Shown here: piece by piece, positions 48,646 to 58,871 of the stretch
How the letters are laid out: every line of letters starts with the position of its first letter
How positions within the stretch are numbered: the first letter of the stretch is position 1
From: Endomicrobiia bacterium
Lineage (GTDB): Bacteria; Elusimicrobiota; Endomicrobiia; DTEH01
DNA: 64,000 nucleotides
Assembly (NCBI GenBank): GCA_025059805.1
Contig: JANXDG010000050.1
Span: 18,157 to 82,156 of the forward strand
Direction: 5' to 3'
The notes under the pieces: model-generated
Database searches by the model: none
What the model was told of the DNA's origin: nothing
The model's input: the letters and a program-made list of their open reading frames with translations, nothing else
Program-made: the position numbers and the translations under genes

Positions 48646-51141
48646 CTAAGTTAACTCAGGTTCTATGCCAGTAAGTGTGTCTAATAACTCGAAAGATAAT
48701 TTTTCTTCTCCGGAACTAAGAGAAGCGTATACTTTATAAACCTTATCAGTACCGGCAAGATTGCGTTTAAGCAAAATTTCTTCAGCAACCGCATCTTCAA
48801 CATATCTCTGTAATACACGTTGTAACGGTCGTGCTCCATAATGTTCATCAAAACCTTTCTCTAATAAGAAATTTTTAACATCTTCTGATAGTATAAGTTC
48901 TATGTTTTTCTTAATCAATCTTTCTGCTAATCTTTTTAACATCAGTTCAAGTATCTGTCTCATTTCTTCCTTTGTTAAAGGTTTGAAAACAACAATTTCA
49001 TCAATACGATTCAAAAATTCTGGATTAAAAACCTTTCTTAGTTCTTCCGTCAATAATGACTTCATATTTTTATATTCATTTTCTTTATCATCACTTTGAA
49101 CAAAACCTATAGATTTACCTTTAGATATAAGTTTTGCCCCAATATTAGAAGTCATAATTATTACTGCATTCTTAAAACTAACTTTATGTCCTAAACTGTC
49201 CGTCAAAACACCGTTATCCATAATTTGTAGTAAAATATTAAACACTTCAGGATGTGCCTTCTCAATCTCGTCAAGTAACACTACACAATAAGGCCGTCTT
49301 CTTACACGTTCAGTAAGTATACCACCCTCTTCATATCCAACATATCCTGGTGGAGCGCCTACTAATCGTGAGACATTAAATTTCTCCATATATTCTGACA
49401 TATCAATTCTTACTAACGCATCTTCGTTGCCAAATAAAAATTCAGCTAACGCTTTTGCGAGTTCAGTCTTACCAACACCAGTTGGACCTAAAAATAAAAA
49501 ACTACCTATTGGCTTTCTTGGATCTTTGATTCCAGTCCTTGACCGACGTATAGCGTTCGCTACAGCTTTAACAGCTTCATCTTGACCAACGATTCTTTTA
49601 TGCAACTCTTGCTCCAAGTTTAATAACTTTTTTCCTTCTTGCTCAGTTATTTTATTAACAGGTATACCCGTCCATTTTGAAACAATGTATGCAATATCTT
49701 CCTCTGTAACTTCAGGGATAACTTCGTCACGTTTTTGTCTCCATTGTTTTTTCAATTCTTCTATTTGTTTTTTAAGAGCCATCTCTTTAGCTCTATACTT
49801 AGCAGCTTGTTCAAAATCTTGTGCTTGTGACGCTTCATCTTTAAGACGAGTAATCTCTTGTAGTTCTTCCATTTTAAGTTTAATTTCTTCCGGTAACTGT
49901 GTTACTTTTAACCGTAATCTACTGCCAGCTTCGTCAATCAAATCTATGGCTTTATCTGGTAAAAATCTATCAGTAATATACCTGTCAGAAAGTTCAGCTG
50001 CTGCTATTAAGGCAGCGTCTGTATATTTTACCTTATGATGATTTTCATATTTTTGTTTGATACCTCTAAGAATCTCAATGGTTTGTTCTACTGTTGGTGG
50101 TTCAACTAATACTGGCTGAAACCTACGTTCTAACGCAGGATCGCGCTCAATATATTTTCTATACTCATCCATTGTAGTTGCACCTATACATTGCAGTTCA
50201 CCTCGTGCCAATGCTGGTTTTAACATGTTAGACGCATCAACTGCACCTTCTGCAGCACCTGCACCTATCACTGTGTGTAATTCATCTATGAATAAAATGA
50301 TATTATTTTTACTACGACGTATTTCTTCCATTATATTTTTTAATCTTTGTTCAAATTCACCTCTGTATTTAGTACCTGCAATAACCGCGCCTAAATCTAA
50401 AGTTACAACACGTTTGTTAAACAAAACTTCTGGTACATCACCCGATGCTATTTTCTGTGCTAACCCTTCCACAATGGCAGTTTTTCCTACACCTGGATCA
50501 CCAATAAGGACAGGATTATTTTTAGTCCTTCGTGAAAGTATTTGTATAACTCTTTCTATTTCAGTTTCTCTACCAATAACAGGATCGAGTTGATTCTCTT
50601 TTGCAAGTTGTGTTAGATCACGACTAAATTCATCAAGAGTTGGTGTCTTAGGTTTTTTTAAATGTTTTACTGTTTTCTGTGGCTTAAAAAATGGTATCGG
50701 AGACTCTATATCACCTAAAAGCGATAAAACTTCCTCTTGTACATCTTCGTAAGTTACCCCCAAATATTCTAAAACACGTGCTGCAACACCTTCTTTCTCA
50801 CGTAATAGACCTAACAAAATATGTTCAGTACCAACATATATATGTCCCATCATATTAGCTTCTTCAACGGCATATTCTAATACTTTCTTAGCTCGTGGCG
50901 AAAACGGTATTTCACCTAAAACCATCACATTATCCCCAGGAGGAACTATCCTTTCAACCTCATGTTTTATCTTGCGGAGATCCACACCAAGATTAATCAA
51001 TATTTGAACTGCTAAACCTTCACCAATAGAAACTAATCCTAGTAACAAATGTTCAGTACCAACATAATCATGATTAAGCCGTTTTGCTTCTTCCTGTGCT
51101 ATTAATATAACTTTTTGTGCACGATCTGAAAATTTGTTCAT
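48646..51141 (-). CDS. clpC: ATP-dependent Clp protease ATPase subunit ClpC
   Basis: Two Clp-N repeats, GDPGVGKT, UVR coil, GPTGVGKT and IGF loop. Confidence 0.95.
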   Translation of the reverse strand: MNKFSDRAQKVILIAQEEAKRLNHDYVGTEHLLLGLVSIGEGLAVQILINLGVDLRKIKHEVERIVPPGDNVMVLGEIPFSPRAKKVLEYAVEEANMMGHIYVGTEHILLGLLREKEGVAARVLEYLGVTYEDVQEEVLSLLGDIESPIPFFKPQKTVKHLKKPKTPTLDEFSRDLTQLAKENQLDPVIGRETEIERVIQILSRRTKNNPVLIGDPGVGKTAIVEGLAQKIASGDVPEVLFNKRVVTLDLGAVIAGTKYRGEFEQRLKNIMEEIRRSKNNIILFIDELHTVIGAGAAEGAVDASNMLKPALARGELQCIGATTMDEYRKYIERDPALERRFQPVLVEPPTVEQTIEILRGIKQKYENHHKVKYTDAALIAAAELSDRYITDRFLPDKAIDLIDEAGSRLRLKVTQLPEEIKLKMEELQEITRLKDEASQAQDFEQAAKYRAKEMALKKQIEELKKQWRQKRDEVIPEVTEEDIAYIVSKWTGIPVNKITEQEGKKLLNLEQELHKRIVGQDEAVKAVANAIRRSRTGIKDPRKPIGSFLFLGPTGVGKTELAKALAEFLFGNEDALVRIDMSEYMEKFNVSRLVGAPPGYVGYEEGGILTERVRRRPYCVVLLDEIEKAHPEVFNILLQIMDNGVLTDSLGHKVSFKNAVIIMTSNIGAKLISKGKSIGFVQSDDKENEYKNMKSLLTEELRKVFNPEFLNRIDEIVVFKPLTKEEMRQILELMLKRLAERLIKKNIELILSEDVKNFLLEKGFDEHYGARPLQRVLQRYVEDAVAEEILLKRNLAGTDKVYKVYASLSSGEEKLSFELLDTLTGIEPELT

Positions 51142-51186
51142 AATTTTTTTATATCAATTTAAATATAAAAATTCAACGATTCATAC

Positions 51187-52080
51187 TTAAACCAAGATTT
51201 GACATTTGAAATCCTCTAATTGCTGTTTGTACTTCTTAAGGCTTTCTAGCAGAATATATGGTATTTTTAAACTCCCTAATAGAGGTTCACTACCATCTAC
51301 CGCGCCATGACAATCACTACCTCCAGTAATTAACAACCCATATTTGTCTGCAATATTATTTAATTCTTCTGTTACATTCTTATGGTGTTTAGAATGATAA
51401 ACTTCAATACCTTTTATACCTTGGTTTACAAGTTTTTTAATAGATTTTGTATCCACACAAATACCGAAATATGGATGCGCTAATATGGGTATACCACCAG
51501 TCTGTAAAATTAAAGAAATTGCCTCCTGAGATTGTAATCTAAATTTTGGCACATATGCTGGCATACCGTATCCTAAATATAAATCAAATGCCTCTTTAAC
51601 AGAACTAACTATGCCTTTCTCAAAAAGAATTCTTGCAAAATGTAATCTTCCAATACTCTGAGTAGAACTAAACTCTTTGATAACTTCGTCCTCTTCAAGC
51701 TTTATCCCTAAAGAGTTAAGTTTTGCTAAAATCTTATACGCACGCTCTTGTCTTACCTGCCTAAATATCTTCAATTTTTGTTGTAAAGTTTTATCATGCC
51801 AGTCAATATAATACCCGAGAATATGTATTTCTGACTCTGTTGAATCCTTAAATTCCACCGAAAGTTCAACACCAGGCACAACTTCTATACCTTGTTTTTT
51901 ACCTTCTTCAATTGCTTCTTCAATACCATCTGTCGTGTCGTGATCAGTTATTCCTACAGCTACAATACCTTTGTTTTTACAATACTGAACAACTTCTTTA
52001 GGAGAAAAACTACCATCAGAATAAGTAGTATGTACATGAAGGTCAATATAATTCTCAGCTAACATTTTTGTTAACTCCAT
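51187..52080 (-). CDS. PHP-domain phosphoesterase (TrpH/YciV-like)
   Basis: DLHVHT..SDG, ITDHD, HILGY and GGSDCHG. Confidence 0.9.
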   Translation of the reverse strand: MELTKMLAENYIDLHVHTTYSDGSFSPKEVVQYCKNKGIVAVGITDHDTTDGIEEAIEEGKKQGIEVVPGVELSVEFKDSTESEIHILGYYIDWHDKTLQQKLKIFRQVRQERAYKILAKLNSLGIKLEEDEVIKEFSSTQSIGRLHFARILFEKGIVSSVKEAFDLYLGYGMPAYVPKFRLQSQEAISLILQTGGIPILAHPYFGICVDTKSIKKLVNQGIKGIEVYHSKHHKNVTEELNNIADKYGLLITGGSDCHGAVDGSEPLLGSLKIPYILLESLKKYKQQLEDFKCQILV

Positions 52081-52088
52081 CTTTTATT

Positions 52089-53432
52089 TCATAGCAGCTC
52101 AGCTGCTAAAGCAGCAAGTTCACTTCTTTCCGACTTTGTAAAGTTAATATGTCCAAAAATTTCTTGCCCTTTGAATCTATCAACTAAATATACCAAACCG
52201 TTTGAAGAATCGTCTAAGTACGGATTGTCAATTTGGTACGGATCACCAGTTAATACTATCTTGCTACCCTCACCTGCACGTGAAACTATCGTTTTTATTT
52301 CATGTGGAGTAAGATTTTGTGCATCATCAATTATAAAAAACTGACTTGGTAAACTTCTACCACGAAGATATGTCAAGGCTTCTACCTCAATTAATCCAGA
52401 TTCAAAATAATAATCTATTGTTGATTGCAACTTTTCCGTATCAAATTTGTACATCTTACCAACTAAATAATCTAAGTTGTCATATATTGCACCCATCCAA
52501 CTTGATAGTTTCTCCTCTTTAGTTCCGGGAAGATATCCTATATCTCGTCCCATTGGTATTACTGGCCTGCTTACCAACATTCTTCTATACACTTTTTCTT
52601 CAAGAACTTTGTGCAACCCACAAGCTAAAGATAACAATGTCTTACCAGCACCAGCTACTCCAATAAGTGTTACTAAAGATATCTTATCATCTAACAATAA
52701 CTCCATTGCAAAACGTTGTTGTACATTTAATGGCTTCACACCCATAGCTATAATATCTTTTGGTGATACTAAAACAAGTTCTTTCTGAGCATTTTGACCT
52801 TTCTTAACACGTGCAAGAACGCTATGTGACTTTTCAGACCTAAATATAAAAAATTCATTATAATATATCTCTTCAGTATCCATCTTCAACTTTTCAGCAA
52901 TATCTTTTACATTTATTTTTTTCTGCGAATAAATTTTATCAATTATTTCTGAACTAACATCGTACTCTCTAAAACCAGAATATACTGTTTCAAGTTTAAC
53001 CTTTGCTTTTTCATAATCTTGCGTTGTAATACCTAAAGCTTCTGCTTTTATTCTTAAATTAATATCTTTTGTTATAAATATAACACGTTCTCCATCTTTC
53101 TTTAGTTTTAAAGCCACAGCCAAAATTCTATGGTCAGCTTTGTTTTCTACAAACTGGTGCGGCAAATCTTTATCCCAGTCAAGCTCTATTTTTATCATTC
53201 CGCCTTCTTCAAGTTTTACTCCTTCAATAATATTACCCTGTCTGCGTAACAAATCTAACTTGCGAGATACAAGCCTTGAATTTCTACCAAGTTCGTCATT
53301 ACGACGTTTCATTATATCAAGTTCTTCTATTACAGTCATAGGAATAACAACTTTATTATCTCCGAAAACGAACATTGATTCCGGGTCATGAAGTAAAACA
53401 TTAGTATCTAACACAAAAGTTTTTTGAACCAT
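52089..53432 (-). CDS. PhoH2/YlaK family PIN-PhoH protein
   Basis: VLDTNVL PIN domain, GVAGAGKT, RGRS and DAQN. Confidence 0.92.
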   Translation of the reverse strand: MVQKTFVLDTNVLLHDPESMFVFGDNKVVIPMTVIEELDIMKRRNDELGRNSRLVSRKLDLLRRQGNIIEGVKLEEGGMIKIELDWDKDLPHQFVENKADHRILAVALKLKKDGERVIFITKDINLRIKAEALGITTQDYEKAKVKLETVYSGFREYDVSSEIIDKIYSQKKINVKDIAEKLKMDTEEIYYNEFFIFRSEKSHSVLARVKKGQNAQKELVLVSPKDIIAMGVKPLNVQQRFAMELLLDDKISLVTLIGVAGAGKTLLSLACGLHKVLEEKVYRRMLVSRPVIPMGRDIGYLPGTKEEKLSSWMGAIYDNLDYLVGKMYKFDTEKLQSTIDYYFESGLIEVEALTYLRGRSLPSQFFIIDDAQNLTPHEIKTIVSRAGEGSKIVLTGDPYQIDNPYLDDSSNGLVYLVDRFKGQEIFGHINFTKSERSELAALAAELL

Positions 53433-53453
53433 ATTTCCCCCAAAATCCTCACA

Positions 53454-54266
53454 CTAATACATCATTCCTATATTAAAAACTAAATTTTTAGCATCTTTAG
53501 TGATACCAAAAGATAATCCTGTAAAAAATCTACGATATTCATCAATATCATAACTTATACCAGAAGAAATATAAGATTCAAATTTTTCCGTATTAAGTAT
53601 CTTGCTACTATTCTCTTCGTCATTCTTTTTATTTTCACCTTTCAAACCAAACGAAACTTTAAGTTCATCGGTAAGTTGAAAATTACTACCAAAGGTGTAA
53701 AAAAAACTGTCCCCAACTTTGTATTTGTCAGGATTTCTAGTATAATATCTATACCCGAGGTTGATTGTTAAATTAAACCAATGCTGTGTTTTTAGTATAA
53801 CTTCTTTATCTATCATCCAAAGAACTATAATTCCTATTCCTCCGGTACCAAATTTTTCTTTATAATTCCCCGTAGGCAAACTAAATCCTAATTCAGCACT
53901 TATTGTAGGTATGTTTACACTACCATTTTGTTCCTTAGTAATCAAATGTTTTATACCAATTAACATATCAGAAATACCTTTATCCACATCATCTCTTTCA
54001 CTCCTGCTAACACCTGCGATTTCAAATCCAACCTCTAAACTGTCTGTTGCACCCCAGTATAAACCTACTGGAATTTTAAGTTCGGCTTTGTTAGAACCAA
54101 TAAGATAGTAGTTCATCTCTAACATCAATCCATAAACGTTAACTGGACAACATAACGTTGATTGAAATGGTCTATAAATATTAAAAAAATTTATCTGTGC
54201 TTGTATAACGTTTAACAAGATGAGGTTAAAAATTAAACTATATACAGTTTTTATTCCCAACTTCAT
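53454..54266 (-). CDS. Putative outer-membrane beta-barrel transporter (MetA-pathway-like)
   Basis: Signal peptide, GISD...G.K, SLPTG...GTG and C-terminal aromatic residue. Confidence 0.6.
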   Translation of the reverse strand: MKLGIKTVYSLIFNLILLNVIQAQINFFNIYRPFQSTLCCPVNVYGLMLEMNYYLIGSNKAELKIPVGLYWGATDSLEVGFEIAGVSRSERDDVDKGISDMLIGIKHLITKEQNGSVNIPTISAELGFSLPTGNYKEKFGTGGIGIIVLWMIDKEVILKTQHWFNLTINLGYRYYTRNPDKYKVGDSFFYTFGSNFQLTDELKVSFGLKGENKKNDEENSSKILNTEKFESYISSGISYDIDEYRRFFTGLSFGITKDAKNLVFNIGMMY

Positions 54267-54327
54267 TCTAAATGATATATAAAATAATATTTATTGAATT
54301 CAATATAATATAATTTTTTGTGTATAA

Positions 54328-55413
54328 TTAACCGCATATTTCACCAGACAAAAGAATCCTACCTACTAAATCATAGATTGCAGCATACTGACCTCTTGTA
54401 ACTGCCCTTTGCGGAGTTTCAAACATAACTTTTATTAAGTTTCCATCTGATAAACTTAAATTACACTTAACCGGCGGTGTCTTATATCTTATTTTTACAT
54501 AAACTTTTCTCTTTTTTAACAAATTGTATTTGCTTTCGTAAAATATGGGATTAGTAATTAATAATTCTGAAGAGTACAAATCTTTTTCTTCACCAACATA
54601 AACAATGTTTGTCTCAGGATCTGTTTTAACTACATACATACGTGTCGTTAAATTTTTTAGTCCTAAACCTTCCCTTTGACCAATAGTATAACACATATAA
54701 CCATTATGATATCCAAGAAATTTATTTGTATGTATGTTTAAAATTTTTCCTTTTCTGAAAACTTCAATACCTTTCGTTCTTAGAAAATTTTTATAATCAC
54801 GGTCAGCAATAAAACATATATCAAAACTTTCCTTCTTATGTGCTACTTTAAGCCCGGCTGACGCTGCAATTTCACGTACATCTTTTTTTGTCAGGTTGCC
54901 AAGTGGAAACATTATATGTGGCAGTACATTATTTGGTACTGTACATAGAAAATATGATTGGTCTTTATATTCATCTTTCGCTTTAGCTATATAAAACTTT
55001 TGTCTTGTTTTCACAACACGAGCATAATGACCTGTTGCAAGAAATTCTATTCCTGTAAGTTCTTTCAATTTTTCGAACGCTATGCCGAATTTAATTTTCT
55101 CGTTACAAATAATGCATGGGTTAGGAGTATAACCCATTTTGTATTTTAAACAGAAATATTTTATAACAATCTCTTCAAATTCTTTAGATAGATCTAAAAC
55201 ATAATGCTTTATCCCTAACTGCGAACATACATTTTTTGCATCATATATATCATGCGGAGAACAACAAATTTGTCTTTGTAAGTTATCAGTTTTACCACAC
55301 TGCCATAGTTTTAATGTTACACCTATAACATCATATCCATTCTTCACCAAAATATACGCTGCAGTTGAAGAATCTACACCGCCTGACATCAATATAGCAA
55401 CTTTATTTTTCAT
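54328..55413 (-). CDS. mnmA: tRNA 2-thiouridine(34) synthase
   Basis: SGGVDS, TPNPCI.CN, ATGHYA, KDQSYFL and YTIGQR. Confidence 0.96.
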   Translation of the reverse strand: MKNKVAILMSGGVDSSTAAYILVKNGYDVIGVTLKLWQCGKTDNLQRQICCSPHDIYDAKNVCSQLGIKHYVLDLSKEFEEIVIKYFCLKYKMGYTPNPCIICNEKIKFGIAFEKLKELTGIEFLATGHYARVVKTRQKFYIAKAKDEYKDQSYFLCTVPNNVLPHIMFPLGNLTKKDVREIAASAGLKVAHKKESFDICFIADRDYKNFLRTKGIEVFRKGKILNIHTNKFLGYHNGYMCYTIGQREGLGLKNLTTRMYVVKTDPETNIVYVGEEKDLYSSELLITNPIFYESKYNLLKKRKVYVKIRYKTPPVKCNLSLSDGNLIKVMFETPQRAVTRGQYAAIYDLVGRILLSGEICG

Positions 55414-56312
55414 CTTGAGAATATCACATCTTTATCCTTTGGTAAAAATTTTCTTATCTTATAATCTTCGCCATCTATAATAACTTCAATTGTACCGTCT
55501 CTGTCAGTTCTATAAATTTCAACTCCATAATTTTTAAGCCGTTTAATAACACTGGGATGAGGATGACCAAAACGATTGTTTAAACCGCAGGATATAACCG
55601 CAACTTCAGGCATTACTGTATCTAAAAATATCTCTGTTGTTGAAGTAGCAGAGCCATGATGTGCAACTTTTAAAATGTTTGCTTCTAACAATTCCTTCCT
55701 ACGTTTGTATATATTAAGAATCTCATATTCAGCATCTTTTTCAATATCACCGGTAAGCATCACTGCAATTTTGTTATACTTTATTCTAATAACAACACTG
55801 TTATTGTTAGGATCTTCAAATACCAAATTTTTTGGCGGATAAAGAATTAAAATTTCTATTCTTGGATCAAGTTCTATTTTAGTTCCTTCTCGTGCTAAAA
55901 TATATTTTATCCCGTTATTATAAATATTTTGAAGAAGCTCCATATATATAGATGAAGGGTATGGAAAACCGGGGTCATAAAATTTACCCACAGTAAAATT
56001 AGCTAAAACAGTATTGAGTCCACCAATGTGGTCCTTATGTGGATGAGAAATTACAACAATATCTATTTTTCTTATATTTATTTGCCAAAGAAATTTACAT
56101 ATTTTTTCTCCGTAGTCAAAAAATTCATCTTTATCACCAGCATCATACAACATTGTTTTTCCGTTCGGTGTAATTATAAAAACAGAATCGCTTTGTCCCA
56201 CATCTAAAAAATAAATTTTTAAAACTGAACAGAACAGTGAAGCAACAAAAATTGAAAATGTTAAGAAGAAAAGAAGAGAAGTAAAATTTTTCCTGTGGCG
56301 GGATATTATCAT
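55410..56312 (-). CDS. ComEC/Rec2-like metallo-beta-lactamase
   Basis: FLDVGQSD, SHPHKDH, NNNS, TGDIE, KVAHHGS and FGHP. Confidence 0.88.
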   Translation of the reverse strand: MIISRHRKNFTSLLFFLTFSIFVASLFCSVLKIYFLDVGQSDSVFIITPNGKTMLYDAGDKDEFFDYGEKICKFLWQINIRKIDIVVISHPHKDHIGGLNTVLANFTVGKFYDPGFPYPSSIYMELLQNIYNNGIKYILAREGTKIELDPRIEILILYPPKNLVFEDPNNNSVVIRIKYNKIAVMLTGDIEKDAEYEILNIYKRRKELLEANILKVAHHGSATSTTEIFLDTVMPEVAVISCGLNNRFGHPHPSVIKRLKNYGVEIYRTDRDGTIEVIIDGEDYKIRKFLPKDKDVIFSR

Positions 56313-56313
56313 C

Positions 56314-56544
56314 TTACTTTTTTTTGGAACGTTTCAGAAGTTTCTCTTGTAGTTCTTGTATACGCAATTTCGCCTGTTTAGTTTTTTCTTCATCTGGTAG
56401 AATTTCAATATTTAACCATAGTCCTTCATAAATTTTAAAGTCGAAAATTTCTACTGGTAAGTATATACTTCCTTTTCTGTCTACTATATTTATAACAACT
56501 ATTTTTCCATCTTCAATCCTGTCTATAACACCATATATTTTCAT
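56314..56544 (-). CDS. DUF3006-like protein
   Basis: VIDRIED...EG pattern; next to the ComEC-like MBL. Confidence 0.7.
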   Translation of the reverse strand: MKIYGVIDRIEDGKIVVINIVDRKGSIYLPVEIFDFKIYEGLWLNIEILPDEEKTKQAKLRIQELQEKLLKRSKKK

Positions 56545-56560
56545 TAGTATATACAACAAC

Positions 56561-57169
56561 TTAGGTAATCTTTACCAGAATATCACTCATAATATTAGCA
56601 GCTTCATCAACTCTATCAGCAGCGTTTGATAGGTGCCTATAAACTTCTCTGGTCTTTAATATCTTTTTTATATCATCAGATTCAAAAAGTTTTACTAACG
56701 CTTCTCTGTACCTATGTTCTACAAAGTTTTCAGTTTTCTTTGCTCGTACTATGTGTTCGCTGCATACGCCTGGGTGCGATTTTAAACATTTCAAACCCAA
56801 CATAATTTCTTTAGCAGCGTTATGTATAGCTTCAACCATTTTTTTCATATATTCATCTGCTTCCAACTTGAATAACATAATTTCTTCAACAGTACTTTTT
56901 GCATAATCTAATACATCATCAATCGCCCGAGATAATGCAAAAATATCTTCTCTATCGATAGGTGTAACAAAACTACGATTTAACTCATCTATAAGTACTC
57001 TACGTAACTCATCAGCCTCTTCTTCTGTTTGTTCCACCTTGCGTTTGTTTTCATCACAGATATTGTTTATAAAATCTACAAGATATCCCGTACCTTCTGC
57101 AACTTTCACTGCTTGGTTATATAACATACCTAAAAAATCTTTTTCTTTAGGAAACAATCTTATACCCAT
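56561..57169 (-). CDS. DUF47 (PhoU-like phosphate transport regulator)
   Basis: E.EAD, FVTPIDREDI and DDVLD. Confidence 0.88.
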   Translation of the reverse strand: MGIRLFPKEKDFLGMLYNQAVKVAEGTGYLVDFINNICDENKRKVEQTEEEADELRRVLIDELNRSFVTPIDREDIFALSRAIDDVLDYAKSTVEEIMLFKLEADEYMKKMVEAIHNAAKEIMLGLKCLKSHPGVCSEHIVRAKKTENFVEHRYREALVKLFESDDIKKILKTREVYRHLSNAADRVDEAANIMSDILVKIT

Positions 57170-57183
57170 TTCTTCTTACCTCC

Positions 57184-58446
57184 TTATAAAATTCCAGGTT
57201 CAACAAAACCATTTTCTTTAGCCTCCGGTGTTAGTTTTAATGAACCAAATTGTATTATTTTCACATCTCTTACATCATATCTTTTAGGATAAGTTAAGTA
57301 AATTTTACTATTGACAAAATCTATATCTTTTATAATTGCTAAGCATATAAATTCGTGATTGCCATCAAGTAATGCAACAATTACATTTTTAAAATCTTCT
57401 ACAACAGGATTTCTAATTTTTTTCACGTTATAAACTTTTTGTAATATTTGTTTCTCTCCATCAGTAATTTGTTTACTACTAACAACATATAAACCCTCAA
57501 AACCAGGTAGTCGTTCTAACCATTTTATACTTTTTATTTTAGTTTTGTTTTCTATCTTTTCTCCGGTAAGAAAATATGAACGGTCTGTAAAAATTTCTTG
57601 AAAAGAAAATTCAACATCTTCTAATTCTGAAAAATATTTCTTATAAACAAATTCGCGCAACTTCTTCCTTTCATCAGTTGAAGTTGGCGATGCTTTCTTT
57701 GAAACTGTTAATCTCATAATACGTTCTTGTGGAATTGATCTCACAAGATGTTCAATCTCTTTATTTCTTTCTAATAATATTACAAGATAATTTGTCCCCA
57801 GTGCACTTAGAATCTCAATTTCGCTATTTCTTAACATTCTACCACCATCACCTAAAACCCAACCTGGTGTGTCAATAATCACAACATTGGAATTCTTAAG
57901 ACCAAAATTCAAAAGTTTTGTAAACCCACAAAGATAATGTAAAAAATGTTCTGCTGGAGAATGTGAACCTACAAAGTATAATTTAGTAGGTTCTATTTCT
58001 GTCATAAAAAGTATTGGTTTGTCAAACACTGCTATACCAAGTGTTGATGGCGGTCCTATATCCGATTGTCCAGTGTCACAATCCAAAACTGATGGTTTTA
58101 CATTAAAAGAAAGCAGTTTGTTTGTAAGATAAGTTGAAAAAAACGTTTTCCCTGTATCCACTTCGCCAAAAATAATCACACTGTTGATACGTTTTGAAAT
58201 TATATACTCAACAACTCTGTCCCAATCGTCAGGTATAGTCCGCGAAGGTAATTCTGTGATTTTGCCAGTATCGTCAGTCTCAATCACAGCTTCCTGCGAG
58301 TTTACTTCTAAAGGAATACGTTTACCTTCGGGAACAAAAACTTCTTCGTTTGGTATAAACTTTCTACCAATACTTTCAACCTCGCCACTTATAAACTTTA
58401 TATTCAAAGGTCCAGAAATAAAATATACACCTTTTTTGATCAACAT
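57184..58446 (-). CDS. Clp1/Nol9/Grc3-family polynucleotide 5'-OH kinase
   Basis: GEVDTGKT Walker A, DCDTGQSDIGPP Walker B, FVGSHSP, IDTPGW clasp and R..LR lid. Confidence 0.85.
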   Translation of the reverse strand: MLIKKGVYFISGPLNIKFISGEVESIGRKFIPNEEVFVPEGKRIPLEVNSQEAVIETDDTGKITELPSRTIPDDWDRVVEYIISKRINSVIIFGEVDTGKTFFSTYLTNKLLSFNVKPSVLDCDTGQSDIGPPSTLGIAVFDKPILFMTEIEPTKLYFVGSHSPAEHFLHYLCGFTKLLNFGLKNSNVVIIDTPGWVLGDGGRMLRNSEIEILSALGTNYLVILLERNKEIEHLVRSIPQERIMRLTVSKKASPTSTDERKKLREFVYKKYFSELEDVEFSFQEIFTDRSYFLTGEKIENKTKIKSIKWLERLPGFEGLYVVSSKQITDGEKQILQKVYNVKKIRNPVVEDFKNVIVALLDGNHEFICLAIIKDIDFVNSKIYLTYPKRYDVRDVKIIQFGSLKLTPEAKENGFVEPGIL

Positions 58447-58448
58447 AG

Positions 58449-58853
58449 TTATTTCCCCTTATGTTTAAAACTTAATGAAGGCCAAAGTTTTTCTAAAACT
58501 TCGTAATTGAATTTATAAATTTTCTTATTCTTTATGTTAACATCTTGCGTCGTTTTTTTCTGGATAACCATTAGATTCTTAAGTTTGATTTTACCATTTT
58601 TTTTAAGTTGTACCTTGCCTTTGTATACAACATTTTTGTCCATAATAACTATTGTATCACCATTTTTGATTTCATTCGGTGTAATTTCATTAACAAAATG
58701 TTCCATACACATTCCTACAATTCCAATATATATAGGTACGCGTTTATAAAGCTCGTATGTCTGTTTAACTATTTCGTCAAGTGGTAAACCTTTCGTTCTA
58801 TATCCATTCAATATCTCCAGTAACTGCGGGAAATCTGATTCTTTATATGTCAT
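58449..58853 (-). CDS. Hypothetical protein
   Basis: 134-aa ORF with an SD (GGGAG), between add and clp1. Confidence 0.75.
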   Translation of the reverse strand: MTYKESDFPQLLEILNGYRTKGLPLDEIVKQTYELYKRVPIYIGIVGMCMEHFVNEITPNEIKNGDTIVIMDKNVVYKGKVQLKKNGKIKLKNLMVIQKKTTQDVNIKNKKIYKFNYEVLEKLWPSLSFKHKGK

Positions 58854-58871
58854 ATTTTTGTTCTCCCATTT

